Under the pieces are notes generated by a model. The model saw nothing but the letters and a program-made list of their open reading frames with translations. It did not search any database and was not told where the DNA came from. Position numbers and translations under genes: made by a program. 64,000 nucleotides of DNA from Octopus vulgaris (taxonomy: Eukaryota). Location of the stretch: contig OX597817.1 of NCBI GenBank assembly GCA_951406725.2, positions 29,512,001-29,576,000 of the forward strand, given 5' to 3'. Shown here piece after piece: positions 1 through 12,624 of the stretch (positions within the stretch are counted from its first letter, which is position 1; each line of letters starts with the position of its first letter).

Positions 1-771
1 TGACCCTGAATGGGAAGATCTGCAAACAGATCTCTAACTTGTTTTGGAGAATTTGTTGCAATTGCTTCCTCCAGAGTCATATCCCAACGACAGTCATATT
101 TGGTGCAAAACTCATGTAAAAAAAAAAAAAAATTGCCAAAAACTATTGCAGTAATAAAAACATAGGAATCCAAAATTTCAGGATTGCAGGTTTGGATTTG
201 ACTTGGAAAGCCTTTAGTTTATAAAAATCGTAATTCTACAAAAAAATTGTCACAAAAAGTCACATTAAAAAATCGCCGTAAACAATCACAGTAAGGAAAA
301 TTTGGGAATCCAAAATTTCAGGATTCTGGGTCCGGATTTAGTCAGGAATAATTCTAATTTACTCATGGGGTCAGCCTGATTCCAAAATGCTATGATACGT
401 TAGGCTATCGCCTCTAGGAGTAAAGTTGTAAAAGTGTGACACACTGACACACTGATATTCACATTTATAATATTATTATATTATATTATATCAAATTATA
501 TTAAGATACCGAGCTGACAGAATTGTTTGCATGCCAGGCAAAACGATAAGCAGTATTTCATCTGTCATTAGGTTTTGAGTTCAAATTCTGCTAAGGTCGA
601 CTTTTCCTTTCATCCTTTCGGGGTCAATAAAATTAGTACCAGTTACATATTGGGGTTGATGTAATTGACTTAATCCCTTCCCCAAAAATTTAAGGCCTTG
701 TTCTTTGAGTAGAAAGGATTTACTAAAGTTGAAAAGTGTGATACACTGACATTCACATTTATTATATTAGA
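1..771 (-). mobile_element. Non-autonomous Helitron-like element, 5' portion, with a duplicated 5' end and an inserted SINE
   Basis: Minus strand starts A|TCTAATATAATAAATGTGAATGTCAGTG at 771. A near-identical end lies at ~430-475. Internal direct repeat GGAATCCAAAATTTCAGGATT at ~165 and ~305. Confidence 0.55.
508..722 (+). mobile_element. SINE family B (GCCTTTCATCCTTTCGGGGTCGATAAA central domain, Meta/MESC-like)
   Basis: GAGCTGACAGAA head, GAGTTCAAATTC B-box-like motif and CCTTTCATCCTTTCGGGGTC core, shared with ~10 copies in the window. Confidence 0.75.
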
Positions 772-841
772 TATGTTTAATTTTGGGGAAACTTTATTTC
801 AATTAAAGTGTTATTTATATACATATGTGTGTGCGTGTGTG

Positions 842-876
<35 letters not shown>

Positions 877-904
877 TAAAGAAATTATAAAATTAAAACA
901 AAAA

Positions 905-1287
905 TGATAATGTTCAGTATGTTGGCCACAGGAATTTCTTTGAAGGAGGCATGCTTAAACAAAAGTTGTACATCATCTCCCTCTTTCTCTTACCTACCCA
1001 CTGTTTCTTTCCCTTTTATTATTACTTCCACTGTCACCATCAGCACTACCACTTTTAATAAAACATCATCAACTCCCCTAAATTTCTTTGTTTTTCTTTC
1101 TCTCCATCTCTTTTTCTTCCTCTCCCTGTCTGTCTTCACCACTGCCCTCGCCGTCTCTATGCCTACTATTACTCTTACCCAATCATGAGGAATAGTAGGA
1201 GTGTCATTTAATAGTGAGATAAGAGGGAGGGGTCTGAGTGTGACACACTGACACACAGAAATCAGGTTTTGCATTTATTATATTAGA
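905..1287 (-). mobile_element. Helitron-like 5' fragment
   Basis: Minus strand begins TCTAATATAATAAATGC...GTGTCAGTGTGTCACACT, the same terminus as at 771. The left boundary is uncertain. Confidence 0.45.
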
Positions 1288-2049
1288 TATATATATATAT
1301 ATATATATATGTATAGCACACTATGTAAAGCGGTTGGTGTTACAAAAGACATCCAGCCGAAGAAACCATGTGACAACAGACAATTGGAGTCTGGAAACTC
1401 CCTGGTTGGATAACTCACTGGCTGGCCAGCTCCTGTCAAACCATTCAACCCATGCCAGCATGGAAAACAGATGTTAAACGATGGTTATGATGATGATGAT
1501 ATACATCATAGGCATTGGCATAGCTCAGTGGTTAAGAAGTTCACTTCACAACCATGTGACTTTGTATTCAGTCCCACTACACTGGCCCATGGGCAACTCC
1601 TATAGCCCTGAGCAGACCAAAGCCTTATGAGTGACTCTGGCAGACAAAGACTGCATTGTCATATTAGTCTGAATGTGTCTGTCCTTCTTTCTTCATGTCT
1701 TGACTTGTGTGTTAGCTATAAGAGAATATATGCTATTACAAGAGGAGTCCTGTTTGTTGGCAATCTTCCATGAAAACTCATCCAATCTTGAGAAAAATGT
1801 TACCATTTTCGGAAATAGATGAAGGTTGGTGTCAGGAAAAGCATATAGCCATCGGAAAACTGCTTCCATTAATCTCATATAACCCATGCAAGTCTGGAAA
1901 AGTAAAGGTAAAAGTGATGATAAACATAATGATTTTTTGTATATATATGTAGGGCAGTGAGATATATATATATATATATATATTGTTATATTTCGGAATG
2001 GTCATATTGCCAGTTTAGCCAATAAATCTTGCACAACAAATATTTAAAC

Positions 2050-2102
<53 letters not shown>

Positions 2103-2335
2103 GGGCAGTGAGTTGGTAGAATCATTAGCATGCTGGGTGAAATGCTTAGCAGTATTTCGTCTGCCATTAAGTTCTGAGTTCAAATTCCATTGAGCTCGGC
2201 TTTGCCTTTCATCCATTCGAGGTCAATTAAATAAGTACCAGTTATGCACTGGAGTCGATGTAATCAACTTAATCCCTTTGTCTATCCTTGTTTGTCCCCT
2301 GTTTAGCCCCATGTGGGCAACGAAGAAATATAGAT
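2103..2335 (+). mobile_element. SINE family B
   Basis: Near full-length copy with the GCCTTTCATCC core and the TTTGTCCCCTGTTTAGCCCC 3' part. Confidence 0.8.
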
Positions 2336-2874
2336 ATGTGTCTGTGTGTGTGTGTATATATATCGAGAGAGAGAGAGTGAAAGAGAGAGCCACATACACA
2401 CACATATACCATCATCAACATCGTTTAACGTCTGCTTTCCATGCTGGCATGGGTTACCTACCTACCAACATACATACACACATACATACATACTTGATAT
2501 AATGATTTGGGATAGAGAAGAGAAACTGTGCACAGTTGTGGAAATTAGCTGCTCAACGGATGTTAACATAAAGCTGACGATCTGTGAAAAAAAAGAACAA
2601 TTATACTGAACTACGAGAAATCTGCAGTTACTCTATCCAGATTACAATTTCAGGTTTATACTTGTAATTTTTGGTGTACTGGGATATGTAACACGCTGCC
2701 TAAACACCAATCTTGAGAAATTAGGCTTCTCAAAACCAGAAAGGAGAAGAGTAATTTGAAGACTACAGATCCGGAACTGCAAAATCTGTCAAACTTTCCA
2801 GAAATATATATAATCATGTCTAGATATGCAACTATATGCATGAGAATACATACATAAAACAAACAAATCTGCAC

Positions 2875-3455
2875 ATACATACATACATACATACATACAT
2901 ACATGCATGCATGCATGCATACATACATACATACATATATACATACATACATACATACATTACATACATACATATATACATACATGCATGCATACATACA
3001 TACATACATACATACATACATACATACATACATACAAACATACATACATACATGCATGCATGCATACATACATACATACATTCATACATACATACATACA
3101 TACATACATACATACAAACAAAAATACCCAGTTGTTGAAGTAGAAATTCCAATGAAGGAGCCTTGGATCTAGGTCAAAAACTGGTTCTTTCTCTATTGGC
3201 AAGAAATCTTGAAATAAACTGAATGGCCGACATACATACATACATACATATAAACAGACATACACACATACACACATACACACATACATACATACGTACA
3301 TACATACATACATACATACATATATACATACATACATACATACATACATACATGCATACATACACACATACATGCATACATACATACATACATACATACA
3401 TACATACATACATACATACATACATACATACATACATACATACATACATACATAC
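2875..3455 (+). repeat. (CATA)n microsatellite containing a ~105-bp interspersed element at ~3125-3230
   Basis: Long ACAT arrays. The insert TACCCAGTTGTTGAAG...GAAATAAACTGAA recurs at ~46203 and ~46353. Confidence 0.9.
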
Positions 3456-4367
3456 TATGGGCTTCACATGATCAAAGGCATAGCTGTGATCAAAGACATT
3501 CTTTTCATGACCATCTCATGTATATTTTCAAATTTAGTGTAAGTGAGGTTCCATTTTTTAAGCACAGCAGCAGAATGTATAATTTGAAAGACATTCAGCA
3601 GAAATTTCTTGTAGTTCTATTGGCTTCCTCATTAGCTCAATATGTCTAAAGTTGTTCAAATTTCTCTTTTTCATTAAGTTTAAATACATATTTGAACTTG
3701 GCAGTATTAAAGAAATATAACTATTTAAGTTAGAAGCTTTGACACCATCTAAAGCTTTCTGATTTCATAACCTCTTTAATCTTCCCTTGTCTTGCTTCGC
3801 TGTGCTTCCCTCAGTTATCCTTATAAGTTTTATACAGTCTATATTTCTCATTTCTTACAAATATTTTCTCCAAATCTTGACATATGTAATTTTGACATCA
3901 GCATCTGGCATTTGATCTTGTTGAAGTTATTCCATAAAGCACATTTGCTGAAAGAAATTTTTTAATGGTTTTTAAATATTCTGTTTGTTTTAAATGTTGC
4001 ATTTAGTTCTAGATCAGCTCTGATTGAGCAGACTTATGATCAAAGACATTCTGGCTGTGACCATCCAGTTTCTTTTTGCTTGGTACAATGCACCAAGAAT
4101 TACATCATTCAGTGTGCTCATTCCTTTTGTCAGGAGAGTAGGATAAAATTTGAGGAAAATTTGGTTGCTGTTTCTAGTAGGGCATAGAAACATAATCCAA
4201 GTCATGGTTATGTGTAGGACAGGCTTTTAAGAGTTAATTCACTATGTTTTCATGTTGATTCTTTGTTATATTTGTATCATTACCACCTGTACACACACAC
4301 ACACACACACAAACACACACTTACACATACACACACAAATACACATACATATGTATATATATATTCC

Positions 4368-4570
4368 GAGAGTGTAGTGGGTGTAAAAGCACACACTACA
4401 CTCTCGGAGTGGTTGGCATTAGGAAGGGCATCTAGCTGTAGAAACTCTGCCAAGTCAAGATTGGAGCCTGGTGCAGTCATCTGGTTCGCCGGTCCTCAGT
4501 CAAATCGTCCAACCCATGCTGGCATGGAAAGCAGACATTAAATGATGATACTGATGATGATGATGATGAT
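4368..4570 (+). mobile_element. 3' end of RTE-type LINE (family C: TTGGCGTTAGGAAGGGCATCCAG domain, (GAT)n tail)
   Basis: Matches the 3' UTR of the RT-coding copy at 35295-35931 and ends in (GAT)n. Confidence 0.75.
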
Positions 4571-4589
4571 ATGATGCATACATATATAT

Positions 4590-4882
4590 ATGTATTTACA
4601 AACAGTTAAATATATGTCCAGTCATAGAGTGACCTATGGTTTTGCATCCATGAAGCACTTGACCTTATAAACAGCTTATCAGACTCAATGGCAGATGCAT
4701 ATCATAGAAGAGGGGTATATATCTGCCATTGAGTCTGACGAGTCATCCATAAGTCCTATCGCTTTATGGATGTTAAACCATTGGTCACTCTATGACCAGA
4801 CATATATTTAACTGCTTGTAAATACATTACTGTTCTATTCTTTAGAGTGTGCTCCTGATTCGGATGTATGATACACTGACAA
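4590..4882 (+). mobile_element. Penelope-like inverted-repeat mini-element with degenerate type I hammerhead
   Basis: Inverted arms span 4590-4827. GAGT-CTGACGA-stem II-TAAA-CCATTGG-TC-ACTC at 4731-4790. Flanked by (TA)n. Confidence 0.65.
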
Positions 4883-4910
4883 TATATATCTATATCTATA
4901 TATATATATA

Positions 4911-5380
4911 CATCATCATCATCATCATCATCGTTTAATGTCCGCTTTCCATGCTGACATGGGTTGGACGATTTGACTGAGGACTGGTGAACCAGATGGC
5001 TGCACCAGGCTCCAATCTGATCTGGCAGAGTTTCTACAGCTGGATGCCTTTCCTAACACCAACCACTCTGAGAGTGTAGTGAGTGCTTTTACGTGCCACT
5101 GGCATGAGGACCAATCAGGTGGTACTGGCAACAGCCATGTTCAAATTGTGTCTTTCACATGCCACCTGCACAGGAGCCAGTCCAGCGGCACTGGCAATGA
5201 CCTTGCCTGAATATTTTTTCACATGCCACCGGCACAAGTGCCAGTAAGGCGAAGCTGGTAATTATCATGCTCGAATGGTGCTTTTTACGTGCCACCAGCA
5301 TGGACACCAGTTAGCTGCTCTGGCAAGAATCACACTTGGAGGTGCTCTCAGCATTCCACTAGCACGGATGCCAGTCATTG
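4911..5380 (-). mobile_element. 3' end of RTE-type LINE (family C) with several ~60-bp tandem units
   Basis: (CAT)n followed by the reverse complement of the family C tail; repeated TTTTACGTGCCAC units. Confidence 0.75.
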
Positions 5381-5385
5381 AATAC

Positions 5386-5454
<69 letters not shown>

Positions 5455-5604
5455 TATATATATATACACACACACACATACATATAGATACATACATACA
5501 TACATACATACATATTTGTACAAACACACCCACATACATACATATTTGTACAAACACACCCACATACATACATCTATACATATCTACATATATATATATT
5601 TGTT

Positions 5605-7280
5605 CTGATCAATACTTTCTTTGTAAAACCTCCAATGTATCTTGTTCTACATATTCTTATTTCAAAATATTGATACATGCTTGCACAGAGATAATATTTC
5701 TAGTAGTCTTACCTTGTCTTTCTACTTTCTTTCTTCTTCTATGGCTCTTTATTTGTCGTTTCTTTTTACATATACACTGTTATTCATATATTTAAGAATA
5801 GTGTAGCTTGTAAATAACAGGTCATCAACAACAGTAATAGCATTTTTATTGGGAATTTTTCGTGTCGTCATTAATGTTTTTCTCTGCCTTACATAATCTG
5901 TAATTCTCTATTCTCTTTAATAGTAACTCCTTTCATCTTTTGGATTAATGACATATTCTCTGGCATTTTCTCACCCATTTACTACATAAATTAATATTCT
6001 GTTCCTTTCCTTCCATCTGGTTATAATATTTATTTGACAATTTTATTTATGAAATATTCTAATAGTAAAATATCTAAAAAAAAAGTTTTAAATTGGTTGC
6101 TGATTTTAAGTGAGAAACTAAAGAAACAAGTATTAAATTTACTAGAAAGGATTTCGTCTCTGCTATAATAAAGAAGGCAAATGTGATTTTTGTAGAGAGA
6201 TTTTTTTCTATTCATATTGCTGGTTTCCAATTATTTAGCACTTATCAACATATATCTTACTGGAAAATTCAGAATTATGATTTTAATTGGAATTAGATTA
6301 GCACACTTTTATCTTTTCAATATATCATTCAAAACCAATTATTTTCTTTGAGACAGAAAATTTACTCTAGATCACTAACTGATACACGCATAAGAAAACC
6401 CAAACTCTGAAAATTGGATATTTATTAATCTTATTATTAATTTGATTTTTTGCATACAAAATGTTGGTTTGATTAGTTAAAGAAGCTAGACTAACAAATT
6501 TTTATTTAAAAAAACACATTAATTGGTTTCTAATTATTTTTTATTATAACAACATCGGTTTTACAGTATGAAGGAAATAAATCTATACAGTTCTTAATCT
6601 TTAAAGAGGACTCCCTACCAATAATTAAAATAATTATCAATTCGAATTGATTAAATGATTTTTATACATATAATTAATATAGTTCCTCCATTATGAAAAT
6701 TGATTGCTTTTTTCGTAAGAATTCTGCTCAACTGTTAAACCTTTGAGATTTTCAAATAAATAATTCATTGATGATTTATTTTGTTTTTGTAGTTCAGATT
6801 CATAGCTTTTCTCACAGGGTTTCTCATATGTGTATGCATTGATTCAAAATACCAACAAATGTTATCTTTATATTGTATTGATCTAGTGTATTTTGTGTAA
6901 GAATACTTGCTTTCAAAATAATGGTTATATTCACTTTACAAATTTGACAAATTATATGGTTTCTGGCATTATTATTTTGAAATATCACATAAGAATTCTG
7001 AAGACGTTTTAGATTAGATAAACTACTAGGATTAGTGTGAACAAACTAGAATATTTACTAATTCTGAAGCTTGTACACATTTATTCCTACCTACATGTTT
7101 AGTCCTGAGTAAACATATGGCTTGGAAGGAGATGTAATGGATGATATTTGAAGAAGTGTAATTAAAGTAATCTTTGCACCAGTTGCAAGTATGTTACTGA
7201 AGATGTATAAACAAATATTATTTTTTCTACTGGAATGTTTTTAATTTCCAGGTTTGGCATCAGTGCATGTAAATATAATA
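5605..7280 (-). pseudogene. Ancient, heavily degraded LINE (possibly L1/Tx1-like endonuclease region)
   Basis: Only weak peptide echoes on the minus strand (INAY, GKTTRN) amid many stops; A-rich minus strand. Confidence 0.25.
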
Positions 7281-7299
7281 TAGATGATTATTATTATTC

Positions 7300-7854
7300 T
7301 TGAGTGAGAGAGCAGTGCATGCCATCAAAGTGACACTGGGGTAAAATATATGAAGCCCAGTATACCCATCATGACTACCCGTATGATAAGGGTACACCAG
7401 GCACATGCATCACAACCATATGTGCGCGACATGATGATCTCATATCAAGATAAACAGCACATGACCTTGTAGGTGGGGCCCAGTTAGAATTTTCTTCTGG
7501 TTGAGTAACCCATCCTGCTCAAAAGGTCCCTGAGTAAGGGTTGTTTAAGGATGTTGAATGAAACACCCATGTTTCCAGAGGTGAATTATTCAAACCCCAA
7601 AGAATCCCTCTCAACACATGGCTTGATACTCCCCCACTGCTTCTGCTTGTGATCAGAGATGCACATATCATCAGCCACTAAGGGACATGCTCAACTGGTT
7701 AAGGTCAAGCAACTGACAAGCAAATCTGTGGTATCGAGCAGAATATTTGCTGTAGCCCATCTTTTATACCAAGACAATACAATGTACATGATAACACTTC
7801 CAATCAGTTAAGATCAGAAGCCATGAGAACCACTGCCTGGTACTGCATCAGGGC

Positions 7855-7858
<4 letters not shown>
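7300..7858 (-). mobile_element. Non-coding ~560-bp element embedded in (TTA)n (family D)
   Basis: Second copy at 8345-8770; both are bounded on each side by (TTA)n. Orientation is inferred. Confidence 0.7.
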
Positions 7859-7896
<38 letters not shown>

Positions 7897-7903
7897 CATT
7901 ATT

Positions 7904-8309
7904 AGGCACAGGAGTGTGTGGTAAGTAGCTTACTTACCAACCACTTGGTTCCGGGTTCGTTCCCACTGCATGGCACCATGGGCAAGTGTCTTCTACTATA
8001 GCCTTGGGCCGACCAAAGCCTTGTGAGTAGATTTGGTAGATGGAAACTGAAATAGAAGCCCGTTGTATATATGTATATATATGTGTGTGTGTGTGTGTTT
8101 GTATGTATGTCTGTGTTTGTCCCCCCAACATCGCTTGACAATGGATGCTGGTGTGTTTACATCCATCTAACTTAGTGGTTCAGCAAAAGAGGCTGATAGA
8201 ATAAGTACTAGGCTTACAAAGAATAAGTCCTGGGGTCGGTTTGCTCGACTGAAGGCAGTGCTCCAGCATGGCCGCAGTCAAATGACTGAAACAAGTAAAA
8301 GAGTAAAAG

Positions 8310-8312
<3 letters not shown>
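7904..8312 (+). mobile_element. SINE family A: tRNA-derived CORE-type SINE with internal (TA)n(TG)n
   Basis: tRNA-like head, B box GGTTCGTTCC, GGGCAAGTGTCTT CORE-like motif, (GTAAAAGA)n tail. Confidence 0.85.
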
Positions 8313-8344
<32 letters not shown>

Positions 8345-8345
<1 letters not shown>

Positions 8346-8768
8346 GAGTGAGAGAGCAGAGCATGCTATCAATGTGACACACTGGGGTAAAATATATGAA
8401 GCCTAGGATACCCATCATGACTACCCATCAGATAAGGGTAGACCAGGCATATGAATTGCAATCATATGTGCTTAACATGGTGATCTCATACCAAGATAAA
8501 CAGCACATGACCTTGCAGGTGGGGCCCAGTTAGAATTTTCTTCAGGTCAAGTAGCCCATCCCACTCAAATGGTCCTTCAATAAGGGTTATTTAAGGATGG
8601 TGAATGAAACATCCATGTTTCCAGAGGTGAATTATTCAAACTCTAAAGAATTCCTCCCCAACTACTTCTGCTCGTGATCAGAGATGCACATATTGTCAGC
8701 CTCCAAAGGACATGCTGAAGTGGTTAAGGTCAAACAGCTGACAAGCAAATCTGTGGTATTGAGCAGAA

Positions 8769-8770
<2 letters not shown>
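8345..8770 (-). mobile_element. Family D element, truncated copy
   Basis: Aligns with 7300-7745 apart from one short deletion; (TTA)n flanks. Confidence 0.7.
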
Positions 8771-8810
<40 letters not shown>

Positions 8811-8811
<1 letters not shown>

Positions 8812-9468
8812 TTCCTTCTTTCTTCAAATTTTCTTCCATTTCTTGCCGAGTGTTTTCCATACACCTAGGGCAGAGAAGCTCAGATTACACACGCAAATTC
8901 ACAGGTAAAATATGTATTTAAAAAATTGATAAATAAATATATTCATGAATGGATGTTGTTTTCACAGCGATAATAATCTCCTCAGTACATGAGCCGTTCC
9001 AGTTAACACGATTTTTTGCACTTCCTGTAGGGAGGATAAGCCTGGTATCATTTTCAAATAGGTTTCAGTACCTTTTTTTATCATTCCTAGAGATCCTATA
9101 GTCACCTTGAGATGCCACATTTTTTCAATTTCTATTAGCAAGTCTTTATATTTACTGATCTTGTCAAATTCTTTCGCCGCTATATTGTGATCACAAAGAA
9201 TAATCATGTCAATTAATAAACACACCTTTTTTGTCTGATCTTTTATAATAATATCCGGTTTATTAGCTTTTATAGTTTTGTCAGTATGTACGGGGGAAGT
9301 CCCAAAGAATCGACACATTTTCTCTCTCAGTCACAGCTTCAGGATGGTGTTTATACCATTTGTCAGTGGTTTTGATTTTATAATGCCGACATATTGTCCA
9401 GTGTAAATACTGGCCAACTCTGTCATGTCTTGCTTTACATTCTACAGGTACTAAGACTCTACACCCTG
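8811..9468 (-). mobile_element. R4/Dong-clade non-LTR retrotransposon 3' fragment (restriction-like endonuclease)
   Basis: Translation CKARHDRVGQYLHW...ILWDFP/VHTDKTIKANKPDIIIKD...LLIDM...KISKYKDL...IGSLG (PD..D RLE motif, one frameshift). Short 3' UTR, (TAA)n on both sides. Confidence 0.88.
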
Positions 9469-9479
9469 TATTATTATTA

Positions 9480-9580
<101 letters not shown>

Positions 9581-9779
9581 TATATATCTATTTATTTATT
9601 TAAAGAACTAGATAGAAAGGTTTCAAGTAGAAAGGTAGGAAATCTGGCTGGAGTAACATAAAGAGCTTCAGACACAATCTTAATAAAAAATAAGCATCGA
9701 AAGTGGAAAAATAAAGAAAAAGGAGATCTTTTGGTTCAAGAAAATATCATTTAAGTCTTCATGCTCTGCTGATTATATG

Positions 9780-10105
9780 GATTTCGTGCCGGTAGCACGT
9801 AAAAAGCACCATCCGTTCATGGTCATTGCCAGCTTCGCCTGGCCCCCGTGCCGGTGGCACATAAAAATCACCATCCGATTGTGGCCATTTGCCAGACTCA
9901 TCTGGCACCTGTGCCGGTGGCACGTAAAAAGCACCCACTACACTCATGGAGTGGTTGGCGTTAGGAAGGGCATCCAGCCGTAGAAACATTGCCAGATCAA
10001 ACTGGGGCTGGTGCAGCCTTCTGGCTTCCCAGACTCCAGTTGAACCGTCCAACCCATGCTAGCATGGAAAGCGGACGCTAAACGATGATGATGATGATGA
10101 TGATG
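9780..10105 (+). mobile_element. 3' end of RTE-type LINE (family C), three tandem 62-63-bp units
   Basis: Units start at 9785, 9847 and 9910, followed by the GGAAGGGCATCCAG domain and (GAT)n. Confidence 0.8.
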
Positions 10106-10429
10106 GCAAGCTCTAACATAGTTTTTTGTTGAAGTTTGACAAGGATTTTGTGAAGAAGAAAAAACTAGAAAGAGATGATAGCATTTTTCATCTGTAAAAA
10201 AAAAAATAGATGTCCTTAAAGTGGTTTCTCTATACTCCACATCTAATGTGGGATGCTTTTTAGAATTTAATTTTTTGTTCTTAGGAATAAAAGGTTCTTG
10301 GTTGTAATTATTGTTACTGTTGTCATTTGGACTCAGGTCACCTGACCCATGATTTAAAGACATTCCAGTTGAGACCATCCTGTTTTTGTTTATCATATAT
10401 AATGTATCTAGAAATGTATTATCCATTTG

Positions 10430-11060
10430 TGGTGCAGGAGTGGGTGTGTGGTAAGTAGCTTGCTTACCAACCACATGGTTCTGGGTTCAGTCCCACTGTA
10501 TGGCACCTTGTGCAAGTGTCTTCTACTATAGCCTCAGGCCGACCAAAGCCTTGTGAGTAGATTTGGTTGATGGAAACTGATAGAAGCCCATCGTATATTT
10601 GTGTGTGTGTGTGTGTGTATGTCTATGTGTGTATGTTTGTGCGTCTGTATTTGTCCCTGCAACATCACTTGACAACTGGTGCTGGTGTAGTTACGTTCCT
10701 GTAACTTAGCAGTATGGCAAAAAATACTGATAGAATAAGTACTAGGCTTGCAAAGAATAACTCCTGGGGTTAAAGGCAGCAAGCTGGCAGAACATTTAGC
10801 ACGCCGAACGAAATGCTTAGTTCAAATTCCACTGAGGTCGACTTTGCCTTTTATCCTTTCAGGGTCGATAAATGAAGTACCAGTTACGCACTGGGGTTGA
10901 TGTAATCGACTTAATCCCTTTGTCTGTCCTTGTTTGTCCCCTCTATGTTTAGTCCCTTGTGGGCAATAAAGAAATAAGAATAAGTCCTGGCGTTGATTTG
11001 CTCGAATAAAGGTGGTGCCCCAGCATAGCTACAGTGAACTGACTGAAACAGTTAAAAGAA
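10430..11060 (+). mobile_element. SINE family A interrupted by SINE family B (~10772-10976)
   Basis: AAGAATAA(C/G)TCCTGG(G/C)GTT is duplicated on both sides of the B copy. Confidence 0.85.
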
Positions 11061-11179
11061 TCATTTGAGGGACATTGGGCTGTATTTTCTAAATGGTCAG
11101 TTAACCCTGTATGGGTCTAAATGTAGAATGAAATTTAGTCTTCTTTTATATATTGCGGCTGTAATAACTTGCTGAACGT

Positions 11180-11598
11180 ATGTAGGAGTGGCTGTGTGGT
11201 AAGTAGCTTGTCTACCAGCCACATGGTTCTGGGTTCAGTCCCACTGCGTGGCATCTTGGGCAAGTGTCTTCTGCTATAACCCCGGGCCGACCAATGCCTT
11301 GTGAGTGGATTTGGTAGACGGAAACTGAAAGAAGCCTGTCGTATATATGTATATATATATATATGTATGTGTGTGTTTGTGTCTGTGTTTGTCCCCCTAG
11401 TATTGCTTGACAACCGATGCTGGTGTGTTTACGTCCCCGTCACTTAGCGGTTCGGCAAAAAGAGACCGATAGAATAAGTACTGGGCTTACAAAAGAATAA
11501 GTCCCGGGGTCGATTTGCTCGACTAAAGGCGGTGCTCTAGCATGGCCGCAGTCAAAATGACTGAAAGAAGTAAAAGAGAGTAAAAGAGAGAAAAGAGA
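11180..11598 (+). mobile_element. SINE family A, young full-length copy
   Basis: A box TGGCTGTGTGG, B box GGTTCAGTCC, CpGs retained, AAAAGAG tail. Confidence 0.9.
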
Positions 11599-12624
11599 GA
11601 ATATCCAGAAAATCCTGTTCCGTATATACATATACACGAAAATGAAACGTAGTTAAAGGTAAAGCTATTTCATAAGTTTAGAATTTATTCTTTTGGAAAC
11701 TTTGACATTTCAAATATGGAAAACATTTCCTTAACTTGTAAATATCTTCGTCTTCTATCTGAGTTTTCAACATGTATATTAGCTTTGAATGTTTGTTTTT
11801 GTCTTGGATTTCTATATATGTTTGTGTGTGCACGTGTGTGTATATAAGTGTGTCTCATGTATTTCTGCTTTTGTTTTCTACAGTCCAATGAATAAACTGC
11901 ATAAATGTGAGGATATGAGAATAATCTTTAAAATGTTTTGATAAGAAATAAAATAGAAAACCCAAATTGTGCATGTTTCTCTTTTGTAAATCTAATAAAA
12001 TATATATGTATGTATGTATATATGTTTGTGTGCATGTATGTATGTATGTATATATGCATGTATGTATGTATGTGTGTGTGTGTGTGTGTGTGTGCGTGTG
12101 TGTGTGCATGCGTGTGTGTGTGTGTGTGTGTGTATGATCACATGTATGTAATTCAACATAATGTAGACATATATGTACATACGTTGGAATGAATGTTTGT
12201 TTTATATATTAGGTGAAAGTCTGCAAAAAAAAACAAAAAAAAATTAAAAAAAAACAAGAAAATAAAAAGAAAACAAAAGAAATCTGGGAAATTTTTGTTT
12301 TCTAGTCCCAAGAAATGAATGTCTGAATATTCAAGATGGAAATTTTTAATAACATTAGCAAATGGGAGAAATGACATTTTTCAATTGAGTCTTCTAAATA
12401 TCATTTTCAAAGAGCAGGAGATAGAAAGACTGATGGTGACAAAACTATGAAGCATGGCATTATGTATTTCATTTAATGCTTTACAATAACAATCATGTTT
12501 CAAAAATATATTTTGACTCACAACTTGATTACAAAACTTAGGAAAGGTTACAGAATTATAATATGTCTTTGCAGTAATTACTGACCTTGTAGTACCTATG
12601 TATATATATATATACACATACATG

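Noticed and set aside
2656-3471. Many overlapping ORFs (MYVC/HTYI repeats), likewise at 30783-31983, 34290-34909 and 62536-63115
   Set aside because: These are translations of microsatellites that lack stop codons; not genes.
7800-7858. Possible HDV-like ribozyme at the family D end
   Set aside because: The P1/P3/P1.1/P2 nested pseudoknot could not be assembled.
9785-9935. CRISPR-like spaced repeats
   Set aside because: The spacers are homologous to each other, the context is a eukaryotic retroelement UTR, and there are no cas genes.
11184-11260. tRNA gene
   Set aside because: The A/B boxes belong to SINE heads; there is no complete cloverleaf.
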